Positions 7,658 to 16,351 of a stretch of DNA of 38,356 bases are shown piece after piece (the stretch's first letter is position 1; every line of letters begins with the position of its first letter). The position numbers and the translations under genes are program-made. The DNA is from Acidobacteriota bacterium (GTDB lineage Bacteria > Acidobacteriota > UBA6911 > RPQK01 > JADFOI01). The stretch spans positions 1-38,356 of the forward strand of contig JAZFRU010000208.1 in NCBI GenBank assembly GCA_036445815.1, read 5' to 3'. The notes under the pieces were generated by a model, which did not search any database, was not told where the DNA came from, and was given only the letters and a program-made list of their open reading frames with translations.

Positions 7658-8701
7658 TCACTGCGGGGCGCCCAGGCCATAGAGAGATCCTTTTTGTGCG
7701 GCGATCGATGTTTCTTCTGCCTGAAGCAGCTCTTTATACAGAGCCTGATCCTGAAGCTCGATGGCAAGCTGTTTAATGGGTTCTAGTTGAGGGATGAACT
7801 GGCTGATAGCTTTGTTTAATTCTTTGAGAGACTTTTCAATGTCCTTTTCAGATGCCTTCTTGTAAATAACCGTTTCATCGATATTGATCATGACACCGTC
7901 GATGGCCAGTCGGTAGGCGTGGACCATGTCCCAATAGGTATAGAATTCCAGCGGGTTCTCGTCTTTCTCTTCCCATTCCAGCTGGTCCATTCTTCGTAGA
8001 ATTTCTCCCAAACGAGACTTCGCAATTCCCAGGAAGACCTCCACCCTCTTTTTCAATTCCTGAGCCAGTTGGATTTGAGTGTATTCTGCGTCGGTGAAGC
8101 GATCCTTGGTTTGCAAGGGCTCGACGGTCGATACGGGGATCGTTCCAGATATTGCCAGTCCCCAGGAGCTGAAACGGTCACCCCCTTCTCCGGAGGCGAA
8201 TGGGACGGGCATCAAGCCGCCCCCCAATCCCTCTCCCAGCAGGTGGGTTAGCAGGATTCTTCTCAGTTTCTCCACTGCTTGGGATGTCAGTTCGAACTGA
8301 TCGAGATACTCCCAAGGTGCGGCAGACTGCATGCCCTTGATCGTTTCAACGAACCTACGCAGCCGGATTTCCAGTTGTTTGACCTGCTTGGAACGGAGGT
8401 CCTTGGACTCCTCAACCTGGGAAGATTCCTGCTCCACGTAGCGACACAGTGCTCGTATCTGAAGCAAGAGATCTCCAAATGCCACCGGTTCATTTCCCTT
8501 GACGTACCTTTTCAAGAGATTGGAATTTCGGTCAAAAACACCTTTGAACAGATTAATCCGATCCCGATACCGGGGTTTCCTCTGATAATCCCGAAGTTCC
8601 TTGTCGGTCAGAAGATCCTGTAGTTGAAGCGCCTCTACTCCCTCTTGCCCGAGAACGAACAAGTTTGCTGTGAAAAGTAATGTCAGGGCGATGAGCTTCA
8701 T
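7658..8701 (-). CDS. Hypothetical secreted, predominantly helical protein
   Basis: 347 aa with an N-terminal signal-like segment MKLIALTLLFTANLFVLGQ. The sequence is charged and heptad-rich, and I recognised no family motif. Its ATG lies 1 nt downstream of the argS stop. Confidence 0.6.
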   Translation of the reverse strand: MKLIALTLLFTANLFVLGQEGVEALQLQDLLTDKELRDYQRKPRYRDRINLFKGVFDRNSNLLKRYVKGNEPVAFGDLLLQIRALCRYVEQESSQVEESKDLRSKQVKQLEIRLRRFVETIKGMQSAAPWEYLDQFELTSQAVEKLRRILLTHLLGEGLGGGLMPVPFASGEGGDRFSSWGLAISGTIPVSTVEPLQTKDRFTDAEYTQIQLAQELKKRVEVFLGIAKSRLGEILRRMDQLEWEEKDENPLEFYTYWDMVHAYRLAIDGVMINIDETVIYKKASEKDIEKSLKELNKAISQFIPQLEPIKQLAIELQDQALYKELLQAEETSIAAQKGSLYGLGAPQ

Positions 8702-8702
8702 T

Positions 8703-10697
8703 TCACATTCTCTCGGGAACCGGTATTCCCAGTAAGTCCAGGCTTTTGACTAACCCGCGGCGTGCCACATCGGCGACGGTGAGATAAAAAGACTTCTTAA
8801 TTGGATCTCCCTCAGAAAGGATATGATAGGTATGATAGAAAAGATTCAGCTGTTGGGCCAGTGTAAAGGCGTGTTTGGCCACATAAGAAACCTCGAGGGT
8901 CCGAACGGCCTGGGTGACAGCTTCTTCCAGTCGAGCGGTGTGAAGGAGAAGGTTCCAGATCTTCTCGGTGCCGAGTAGATGTGAAAGGGCGTTCGCGTCT
9001 TCCCACATTTTTCTGGACTGCTCTTCCAAAACTGCGGAGTTCCAATCGGAATCGTCTTGATCCAGTTTCCGGAAAATATTATTGGCTCTCACCACCGAAT
9101 ACTGCAGGTATGGCCCCGTCTCTCCTTCGAAGCTGAGAGCGTCGGCGAAGTCAAAAGCGATCACCGAGTTGCGGGTGTATTTCAGGAGAAAGTAGCGGAG
9201 TGCCCCGACGGTGATCTTGTGGGCGATCTCCTTGCGCTTTTCGAGCGGTAAATCGGGTTGGCGTGAGTTGACCTCCTGAAGCGATTTTTCAATCAGAATA
9301 TCGATGAGATCGTCGGCTTTGACTCCTAACCCCTTCCTTCCGGACACCTCTACATGGGGTTTGCTGCGTTGGTCTTCGGATAATTCGATACCCAACTCAG
9401 TGCAGCAACGGGGAGACAAAGCCACCATTTCATAAGAAAAGTGTATTGAACGGTCCGATTGCTCGGAATAGCCGAGTCGAAGCAGGCCCTCGGTGACCAC
9501 CTTCTGAAGATAGGACTGACGGGCGTCAATCACGTTAAAGACCCGTTGTCCCTGTCCGAATGCCGGCGCAGGGTAGGGCGAGGTTGCAGCCGATGTCATC
9601 CAGACCGTGTTGTTGTCTACACTCTCGTCGTTGTACGGATTGATGTGGCCATCCTGATATTGGAACTGGGGCCGGTAGTGAAAAGTTTTACCCAGGAGAC
9701 CAAATTTCCACAGTTGGTAGGCGATGTCTTTTCCCACATAGGTGACGGTTCCATTGCTTCTGACGATGATCTTTTCCTCTCCCGGTTGGCCGTCCAGGCC
9801 GGGCAACTGCATCGTCCAACAGCCGTTGTTGGGACCCTCTTCTTGAAAGGTAATGGCCTGGGTTTCTTTGAGACGCTCGAAGGCTTCTTCCCAGAATTTC
9901 AGGCTCAAAATTTCGCTTTCCCGGGGCAGAACTTGATATCGCACGCCGATACGCAGCATCGTCTTGAGGTGAGCCAGAACAATTCGCATGGAAATATGTT
10001 CAGCCATTTCTGCTGCCATGCCCTGGCCCACTTCGAGGTTCTTGAGGATCTCTTCCCGAAATTGAGTGCGAGAGGTGTCCTCCTGATACCATCTTGAGAC
10101 CTCTGCATAGAGGTCCCAGCAGTAGTAGTCGAACGGTTCTTCTATGGATTTGATTTCCTCGAGGGACAACTTGCGTAGATGCTGAAAGCCCACCACCACG
10201 TCGGCCACCTGAACACCGGTGTTGTCGATGTAGTTTTGTACTTCGACCTGGGTGCCGCCGGCCTTCAGAACTCTGACGAAGGTGTCGCCGAGCACGGCAT
10301 TCCTCAAATGCCCGATGTGAGCTGCCTTGTTGGGATTGATATTGGTGTGCTCGACAATGACCTTTTCACCCGAATATTCAACTTCTGAGTCCTGAAGCCA
10401 CTGGTCCAGGTCTTCCAGAAAAGAGATTCGTTCGAAGAAAACATTCACATAGCCTCCTTCTGCCACAATGCGATCAACCAGGGGCGGTGTCTCGATGTTT
10501 TCCTCGACCTCAGCTGCGATGTCATGAGGGGACCGGCGGAGAGTTTTTGCCAGTTCAAATGGGAAGGGGAAGGCCAGATCTCCAAACTCGCTTCGAGGAG
10601 GTGTCTTTACCGTCAGCATCTCCATCTGGACCTTGAAGTGAGCCGCAATAAATTGCTTTAGAAATTCTTCGACCTCTCGGGTTCGTTTTAGCAGCAT
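8703..10697 (-). CDS. argS: Arginine--tRNA ligase (long form)
   Basis: 664 aa. It has the class I HIGH motif (NPNKAAHIGHLRNAVLGD), a VSGRKG element in the KMSKS position, an anticodon-binding DALR-like C-terminus, and the terminal Met typical of ArgRS. Confidence 0.9.
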   Translation of the reverse strand: MLLKRTREVEEFLKQFIAAHFKVQMEMLTVKTPPRSEFGDLAFPFPFELAKTLRRSPHDIAAEVEENIETPPLVDRIVAEGGYVNVFFERISFLEDLDQWLQDSEVEYSGEKVIVEHTNINPNKAAHIGHLRNAVLGDTFVRVLKAGGTQVEVQNYIDNTGVQVADVVVGFQHLRKLSLEEIKSIEEPFDYYCWDLYAEVSRWYQEDTSRTQFREEILKNLEVGQGMAAEMAEHISMRIVLAHLKTMLRIGVRYQVLPRESEILSLKFWEEAFERLKETQAITFQEEGPNNGCWTMQLPGLDGQPGEEKIIVRSNGTVTYVGKDIAYQLWKFGLLGKTFHYRPQFQYQDGHINPYNDESVDNNTVWMTSAATSPYPAPAFGQGQRVFNVIDARQSYLQKVVTEGLLRLGYSEQSDRSIHFSYEMVALSPRCCTELGIELSEDQRSKPHVEVSGRKGLGVKADDLIDILIEKSLQEVNSRQPDLPLEKRKEIAHKITVGALRYFLLKYTRNSVIAFDFADALSFEGETGPYLQYSVVRANNIFRKLDQDDSDWNSAVLEEQSRKMWEDANALSHLLGTEKIWNLLLHTARLEEAVTQAVRTLEVSYVAKHAFTLAQQLNLFYHTYHILSEGDPIKKSFYLTVADVARRGLVKSLDLLGIPVPERM

Positions 10698-10957
10698 ACA
10701 CAGGTCATCATAAGCGAAATGAGAGAATTGTGCATCAGCCCATGAGTGGGTGATGCCATTGTCTGGCGGTGGGGTTGAGTCAGGTGGAGGTCATCGAACG
10801 GGGTCCATGCGATATCGCTGGAACCGGCCTGTGGTAACCACTGTAGCGACTGAAAAGAATGTAAAGTATAGTGATACCTCCCTGATGTGGCAGTACTGAT
10901 GAGGCTGGCTGGATTTCCCCAGCATTCCCGCACGAAGGCAGAAAGGCACGGGCCCCG

Positions 10958-12211
10958 ATGGCACAAAAAGTTCTCTACTTCGACCCTTTCAATGGGATAA
11001 GTGGTGACATGATTCTGGGGGCACTCCTCCACCTTGGGTTGCCGCTGGAGTATCTCGAGAAGGAGTTGGCGAAATTGAAACTTGAGGGATATCAGTTGGC
11101 GGTTCACGACGTGGTTCGCCAAGGCCTTCGAGGAGTCAACCTGCAGGTCAAGAAGAAGGCTCCCCAACCTGATCTCCATCATCAGGGACATGAACATCAT
11201 GAGCACGGCAGTAGAAACTTCACTCAGATCAAGCGACTGATCGAGGAGAGCGGGTTGTCTCCATGGGTGCGGGATAGAGCGGTCAAGATTTTCCAGCGTC
11301 TGGGGGAAGCGGAAGCCAAGGTGCACGAAACCCCTTTGGATGAGGTTCACTTTCATGAAGTAGGCGCCGTCGACTCCATTGTCGACATCGTAGGATCCTG
11401 TATCGGGTTTCACTATTTAGGGGTGGAATATTTTCTGACCGCCCCATTGAATCTGGGAGGAGGTACCGTGACTTTTTCCCATGGAACTTGGCCGGTGCCC
11501 ACTCCCGCCACGGCCGAATTGCTGATTGATTTTCCGGTTTATACGGGCCAGGTTCAGGGAGAGTTGACCACTCCTACCGGGGCAGCGATCGTGACTGAAT
11601 TGGTGCAGGAACAGGGAACTTCACCCGTTTGCCGCTATCATAAGTGGGGATTTGGTGCCGGGGACAGGGAGTTTGATGAGATACCCAACATGTTAAGATT
11701 GCTATTGGGAGAGAAACAGTTTCCGAATGACGCCGGAGATTTACATCCCGATGAGGCATGGCAAGAGGAAACGGTCTCGCTTCTGGAGGCCAACATTGAT
11801 GACACGGATGCCGAAACTCTAGGGCACTGCCTGGAATTGGCCCTCGAAAAGGGAGCTTTGGATGCTTTCTGTAGGCCCGTGCAAATGAAAAAGAGCCGTC
11901 CGGGCGTCACGCTCTCGATTCTCTGTCGGCAAGAGGATCGGGGCAGAATGGCAGAGTTGGTTTTCAAGGAAACCTCGACTTTGGGCCTCCGCTGGGGGAA
12001 CTGGAACCGATGGGTTCTGGACCGTGAGACCCGTCAGATGGACACCAAATTCGGGAAAGTGAACATCAAGATTGGCCGTTTTCGCGGGAAAATTGTAAGT
12101 GTTGGTCCGGAGTACGAAGACCTCAAGTCAATCGCGCAGAAGCATAATCTTCCCTTGAAGGTGATACGACAAACGGTTATGACTCAAGTCACGGACAGCG
12201 GTTATGAGTAG
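10958..12211 (+). CDS. larC: Nickel-pincer cofactor biosynthesis protein LarC (DUF111 family)
   Basis: 417 aa. The N-terminus YFDPFNGISGDMILGALLHLG is typical of LarC. It also has a His-rich stretch HHQGHEHHEH and EVHFHEVGAVDSIVDIVG. It is a single unsplit ORF. Confidence 0.8.
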   Translation: MAQKVLYFDPFNGISGDMILGALLHLGLPLEYLEKELAKLKLEGYQLAVHDVVRQGLRGVNLQVKKKAPQPDLHHQGHEHHEHGSRNFTQIKRLIEESGLSPWVRDRAVKIFQRLGEAEAKVHETPLDEVHFHEVGAVDSIVDIVGSCIGFHYLGVEYFLTAPLNLGGGTVTFSHGTWPVPTPATAELLIDFPVYTGQVQGELTTPTGAAIVTELVQEQGTSPVCRYHKWGFGAGDREFDEIPNMLRLLLGEKQFPNDAGDLHPDEAWQEETVSLLEANIDDTDAETLGHCLELALEKGALDAFCRPVQMKKSRPGVTLSILCRQEDRGRMAELVFKETSTLGLRWGNWNRWVLDRETRQMDTKFGKVNIKIGRFRGKIVSVGPEYEDLKSIAQKHNLPLKVIRQTVMTQVTDSGYE

Positions 12212-14138
12212 CAGTTACTATCTGACGACGCCTCTATACTATGTCAACGGCGTTCCCCATGTGGGACACGTCTATACCTCCGTGGTTGCGGATGCCCTCG
12301 CTCGTTACAAAAGAATGTGCGGCATGGACGTCTGCTGTTTGACCGGGACCGATGAACACGGCCTCAAGATCGAAAGAGCCGCGCGCCAGGAGGGGTTGAC
12401 CCCTCAAAAATTGGCCAATAGATATTCGGACACCTTTCGAGAATCCTGGAAAAACTTCGACCTGAAATTTGATGAATTTATTCGCACCACCCAAAAGCGA
12501 CACCGAAAAGCGGTGGTGGAAATGTTTAACAGAATTCAGGAGAACGATTATATCTACCTGGGTGAATACAGCGGCAATTATTGCGTGAATTGTGAAGCCT
12601 ACACCCCTGAGAATTGCGAAGCGTGTCCCGACTGTGGGCGTCCCCCTGAATTCATGACAGAGGAGAGCTATTTCTTCAAACTCTCCGCCTTTGAAGAGAA
12701 ACTGCTCAAGTTCTACGAATACAATCCGGACTTCGTGGTTCCCTCTACTCGCATGAACGAGATCATCAGCTTCGTGAAAGGTGGTCTCAGAGATCTCAGT
12801 ATCAGTCGCACCTCCTTCAGTTGGGGGATTCCGGTCCCAGGTGATGAAAAACATATTTTTTACGTCTGGTTTGATGCTCTCACCGGTTATTTGGCTGGGA
12901 TTGGGTTCGCCAGTGATGCTGAAAAGTTTGACAGGTATTGGCCGGCACAGGTCCAGCTCATCGGTAAAGACATCCTGCGCTTTCATGCCGTCTATTGGCC
13001 GGCCTTTTTATTTGCTGCGGGCTTGGAACCTCCCAGCCAACTGCTGGTCAACGGTTGGTGGACGGTTGAGGGAGAAAAAATGTCCAAGTCTCGAGGCAAC
13101 ACCGTTACCGCCGAGGAACTGACAGACATCACACAGCCGGATTATGTTCGGTATTTCCTGCTGAGGGAAATTCCAATGGGCTCCGATGGGAATTTTTCCT
13201 ATGACTTGCTGGTGACGCGAGTGAACAGCGATCTCGCCAACGATCTGGGAAACCTTTGCAATCGCATCCTCACCATGATCAATACCAGTTTTGGTGGGGA
13301 AATCCCGGAACCCGGAGAGATGGAAAGTGCCGATGCGGAACTGCGGCAATACAGCAGTGAAACGATCGATCTTTATCGAAAGAACTTCGACAGCCTTCAA
13401 ATGAACAAGGCGATCGACAACGTTTGGGAGCTCATTTCAGTCGTCAACAAGTACCTGGTGGCCAATGAGCCCTGGGCGATGGCTGGCGATGAAACCAAGA
13501 AGGAACGCTTGGGAACTGTATTGTACTGTTCAGCGGAATCTCTTCGAATCATTACCATTTTGCTGAGTCCCATCATTCCTGAAGGGACCGCGGCCATGTT
13601 CAAGCAACTGGGAATCGTAGAATCCATCGAGGATCAACGAATCCCTGGTCTGACCTGGGGGGGCTTGGAGCAGGGTTCTTCGATTGGGAAAATCGAGGCT
13701 GTTTACCCACGTCTGGATGCCAAGGAATTCATGGCATGTGTCCAGAGAAAGAAGCAGGAAAGTGAGGAGGCCTCCTTACTGGAAGTCAAGGAAGTCGAAG
13801 CAGTCGCAAAGAAGAAGACGATCGACATCGGGGAGTTCGGGAAAATCGAGATGAGAGTGGGTAAAGTCATTTCTGCAGAAGCCATCCCGAAATCGAACAA
13901 ACTGTTGAAAATAAAAGTTGATATCGGTTCAGAGGTTCGTCAGGTTGTAGCAGGAATCGGCCAGGAGTACCCGGTAGAATCCTTGCCCGGCCGCTTGGTT
14001 GCAGTGGTGACCAATCTCAAGCCCGTCAAACTGATGGGTGTAGAGTCCGAAGGCATGCTGGTTGCAGCATCCAGCGAAGGAAAGCCGGTTCTGGCAACTT
14101 TCACCGAACCCGTTCGACTGGGTGCGCGACTGAAGTAA
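12204..14138 (+). CDS. metG: Methionine--tRNA ligase with C-terminal tRNA-binding domain
   Basis: 644 aa. Motifs are PHVGHVYT (HIGH), KMSKS and a CxxC...CxxC zinc knuckle (CVNCEA...CPDCG). The C-terminal Trbp111-like domain shows MRVGKV...GVESEGML. The ATG overlaps the larC stop by 8 nt. Confidence 0.95.
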   Translation: MSSSYYLTTPLYYVNGVPHVGHVYTSVVADALARYKRMCGMDVCCLTGTDEHGLKIERAARQEGLTPQKLANRYSDTFRESWKNFDLKFDEFIRTTQKRHRKAVVEMFNRIQENDYIYLGEYSGNYCVNCEAYTPENCEACPDCGRPPEFMTEESYFFKLSAFEEKLLKFYEYNPDFVVPSTRMNEIISFVKGGLRDLSISRTSFSWGIPVPGDEKHIFYVWFDALTGYLAGIGFASDAEKFDRYWPAQVQLIGKDILRFHAVYWPAFLFAAGLEPPSQLLVNGWWTVEGEKMSKSRGNTVTAEELTDITQPDYVRYFLLREIPMGSDGNFSYDLLVTRVNSDLANDLGNLCNRILTMINTSFGGEIPEPGEMESADAELRQYSSETIDLYRKNFDSLQMNKAIDNVWELISVVNKYLVANEPWAMAGDETKKERLGTVLYCSAESLRIITILLSPIIPEGTAAMFKQLGIVESIEDQRIPGLTWGGLEQGSSIGKIEAVYPRLDAKEFMACVQRKKQESEEASLLEVKEVEAVAKKKTIDIGEFGKIEMRVGKVISAEAIPKSNKLLKIKVDIGSEVRQVVAGIGQEYPVESLPGRLVAVVTNLKPVKLMGVESEGMLVAASSEGKPVLATFTEPVRLGARLK

Positions 14139-14920
14139 TGTTCGTTGATTCCCACGCTCACCTGGATTCCCCTGACTTCCAGTCGGATATCGAGGACGTT
14201 CTCCAGCGAGCCCATCAAGCCCAGGTTTCGGAAATTGTCACCATCGGTTGTTTTCGAGGACCGCTGGAGGGGCAACCTGCTGCCTATGCCCAACTCCTGG
14301 ACAGGTACGATGTTTTGTATGGTTGTGCCGGGGTTCATCCTCATGATGCCCGGTTTTATGGGCCTGATCTGGAAAACGACCTCGTCAAACTCATGGAACA
14401 TCCCAAGATGTTGGGGTGGGGGGAAATAGGGCTGGATTTTCACTATGAGAACTCATCTCGTTCCCAGCAGGTCGAGGCCTTTCGGGAGCAGTTGAAGAGA
14501 GCACGCGAGTTGGGGAAACCCGTTGTGATTCACTCACGGGAGGCCGAAGATCTGACCTGTCAGATCCTGGAGGAGGAGTTTTCTCAGGGGCCGGGAGGGG
14601 TTCTGCACTGTTTTACAGCCAGCCTCGAGACCGCAAAGCGTTGCTTGCTCCTGGGGTTTTACATTTCCTTCGGTGGAATACTCACATTTCGTAGGGCCGA
14701 GGAATTGAGAGATATTGCCCTGCAGATACCCTCGGATCGATTACTCATCGAGACCGATGCCCCTTACCTGGCACCGGTGCCGTTTCGGGGCAAACGAAAC
14801 GAACCGGCCCTGGTGGTCAGGGTCGCAGAAACGCTGGCTGAAATCCGCGGAATGACGGTGGAGGAGATCGGTGAATTGACGACGGCCAATTTTCGGCGAT
14901 TGTTCGCACTGGATTGCTAG
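14138..14920 (+). CDS. tatD: TatD-family metal-dependent hydrolase/DNase
   Basis: 260 aa. Motifs include MFVDSHAHLD, GEIGLDFHY, VVIHSREA, HCFT and ETDAPYL. The ATG shares one base with the metG TAA stop. Confidence 0.9.
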   Translation: MFVDSHAHLDSPDFQSDIEDVLQRAHQAQVSEIVTIGCFRGPLEGQPAAYAQLLDRYDVLYGCAGVHPHDARFYGPDLENDLVKLMEHPKMLGWGEIGLDFHYENSSRSQQVEAFREQLKRARELGKPVVIHSREAEDLTCQILEEEFSQGPGGVLHCFTASLETAKRCLLLGFYISFGGILTFRRAEELRDIALQIPSDRLLIETDAPYLAPVPFRGKRNEPALVVRVAETLAEIRGMTVEEIGELTTANFRRLFALDC

Positions 14921-14930
14921 GAGAAACGCG

Positions 14931-15220
14931 TCGCTGACGCTCCGTGTAGAGAACGAACAAACTAACGAACCAACAAACGACAGAACGAACAAGCGAAACG
15001 TCAGAAGCCGAGAACACAATCCCTGGTCAGCGCCTCGGCCCTTCAGGCCTCGCGCGTTTCACGTTTCAGGTTTCACGTTTAACGTGGGTCCGGAGTGTGG
15101 GAGGCGCCTCAGTGCGCCGATTCCGGAGAGCCTCGGTATGATCCTCCTCTTCTTTCGTGAAACATTAAACGTGAAACGTGAAACGCGCTGGTCTTCGACC
15201 AGCGTCGGTCAGTCGGTCAG
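14931..15220. repeat. Composite REP-like repeat, locus 3 (E, A/C-rich tract, H'-B-H foldback, C)
   Basis: TCGCTGACGCTC is at 14931-14942 and also at 7523-7534. Reverse heptads are at 15056-15083. The B core at 15098-15127 is 29/30 identical to 129-158. Forward heptads are at 15157-15184, and hairpin C is at 15186-15204. A direct TCGGTCAG x2 lies at 15205-15220. Confidence 0.85.
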
Positions 15221-15229
15221 CTTCTTCTG

Positions 15230-15259
15230 TTGTCAGCTTCTTCCTGGAATTGGTATAGT
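15230..15259 (+). promoter_or_regulatory. Candidate promoter for polyprenyl synthase (TTGTCA-18-TATAGT)
   Basis: TTGTCA is at 15230-15235 and TATAGT at 15254-15259, 16 nt upstream of the ATG at 15276. Confidence 0.35.
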
Positions 15260-15275
15260 ATCGCGGGTTGAACAT

Positions 15276-16274
15276 ATGAAAACAGTTTCAAGTGTATCCC
15301 TGACTCCCCACGATATTTTTAAGCTTGTTGAGGCCGATCTGCAGGAAGTGGAGATTTCTCTGAAGGCGGAGAGCAAGGCTTCCTCTACCCTCGTTAATGA
15401 CATCAATGAGTATCTCCACAACAGTGGAGGCAAGCGAGTTCGGCCGGTACTTCTTCTTCTTTCTGCAAAACTGTGTGGATTTGAAGGTAAAGCCACCCAG
15501 CTGGTCGGTTCAGTGGTTGAGCTGATTCACGTGGCTACCCTGGTGCACGATGACATCATTGATGATGCGGATATACGGCGAGGACAGCCTTCGGTCAACG
15601 CGACCTGGGGGAATCAGGTCACCGTTCTCATGGGTGACTGGTTGTACATGACCTCCTTTCGTCAGGCACTTGAGCTGCGCAACTTTCGGGTGTTGGATGT
15701 CTTGATTGGTATCACTCGAGAGATGGTTGAAGGAGAGTTGATCCAGTTAGAACAACAGGGCCGGTGGGATCTTAGCGTCGAGGAGCACCTGGAGGTCTGC
15801 CGGAGGAAGACGGCCCACCTGTTTGCGGGCTGTAGCCGTCTGGGCGCCATATTGGCGGAAGTAGGCACCGATCTGGAGGACAAACTCTACGAGTTCGGCC
15901 ATGCCCTCGGCATGGCCTTCCAGTTGACCGATGACTTGCTGGATTATACTTCCAATGAGGACACGCTAGGTAAGCCGGTGTTGAAGGATCTCGTCGAGGG
16001 GAGAACCACCTTGCCCATCATCCATCTGATGCAGCAGGCCAATGGTGAGGAACAGGAATTTATCCGTGATGTGATCCAGACCCAGAATTTCATCCCTCAA
16101 AACAAACAACGAATCATCGACTTGGTTCAAAAATACGGAGCGTTGAAAGGGTCACAGAAGCTGGCGGAAGACTATATTCGTCAGGCCAAGCGGGCTCTGT
16201 CTGCCTTCCCCGATTCCATCTATCGCGATGCCCTCATGAGCCTTGCAGAACTGGTGATGGATCGTAAGAAGTAA
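15276..16274 (+). CDS. Long-chain (hepta/octa-)prenyl diphosphate synthase, trans-IPPS family
   Basis: It has the first DDxxD motif (LVHDDIIDDADIRRG) and the second (FQLTDDLLDY). The start is set at the internal ATG 15276, because the 15084-15275 part of the track ORF only translates the intergenic repeat. Confidence 0.85.
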   Translation: MKTVSSVSLTPHDIFKLVEADLQEVEISLKAESKASSTLVNDINEYLHNSGGKRVRPVLLLLSAKLCGFEGKATQLVGSVVELIHVATLVHDDIIDDADIRRGQPSVNATWGNQVTVLMGDWLYMTSFRQALELRNFRVLDVLIGITREMVEGELIQLEQQGRWDLSVEEHLEVCRRKTAHLFAGCSRLGAILAEVGTDLEDKLYEFGHALGMAFQLTDDLLDYTSNEDTLGKPVLKDLVEGRTTLPIIHLMQQANGEEQEFIRDVIQTQNFIPQNKQRIIDLVQKYGALKGSQKLAEDYIRQAKRALSAFPDSIYRDALMSLAELVMDRKK

Positions 16275-16351
16275 CGGCATACCCCTTCTGTCGTAGCCTG
16301 GCCGCCTTGATCTGGGCGAAACGACAAAATCATCCGAAACACAACCCTCGG

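Noticed and set aside
10688-11413. 241-aa minus-strand ORF antisense to larC. Similar long antisense or alternate-frame ORFs lie at 4851-5585, 12234-12986, 21644-22270, 25142-25738, 26132-26725, 28076-28870, 30395-31069 and 31999-32643.
   Set aside because: Each lies entirely within or opposite a CDS with strong family motifs. Each has a low-complexity, Arg/Ser/Pro/Gly-rich translation and no recognisable motif. These are typical shadow ORFs of GC-rich coding DNA.
15084-15275. 64-codon N-terminal extension of the polyprenyl synthase ORF
   Set aside because: The extension consists of translated repeat modules (GRRLSAPIPES, RETLNVKRETRWSSTS). The candidate promoter at 15230-15259 lies inside it. 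Homologous prenyl synthases start near the internal Met at 15276.
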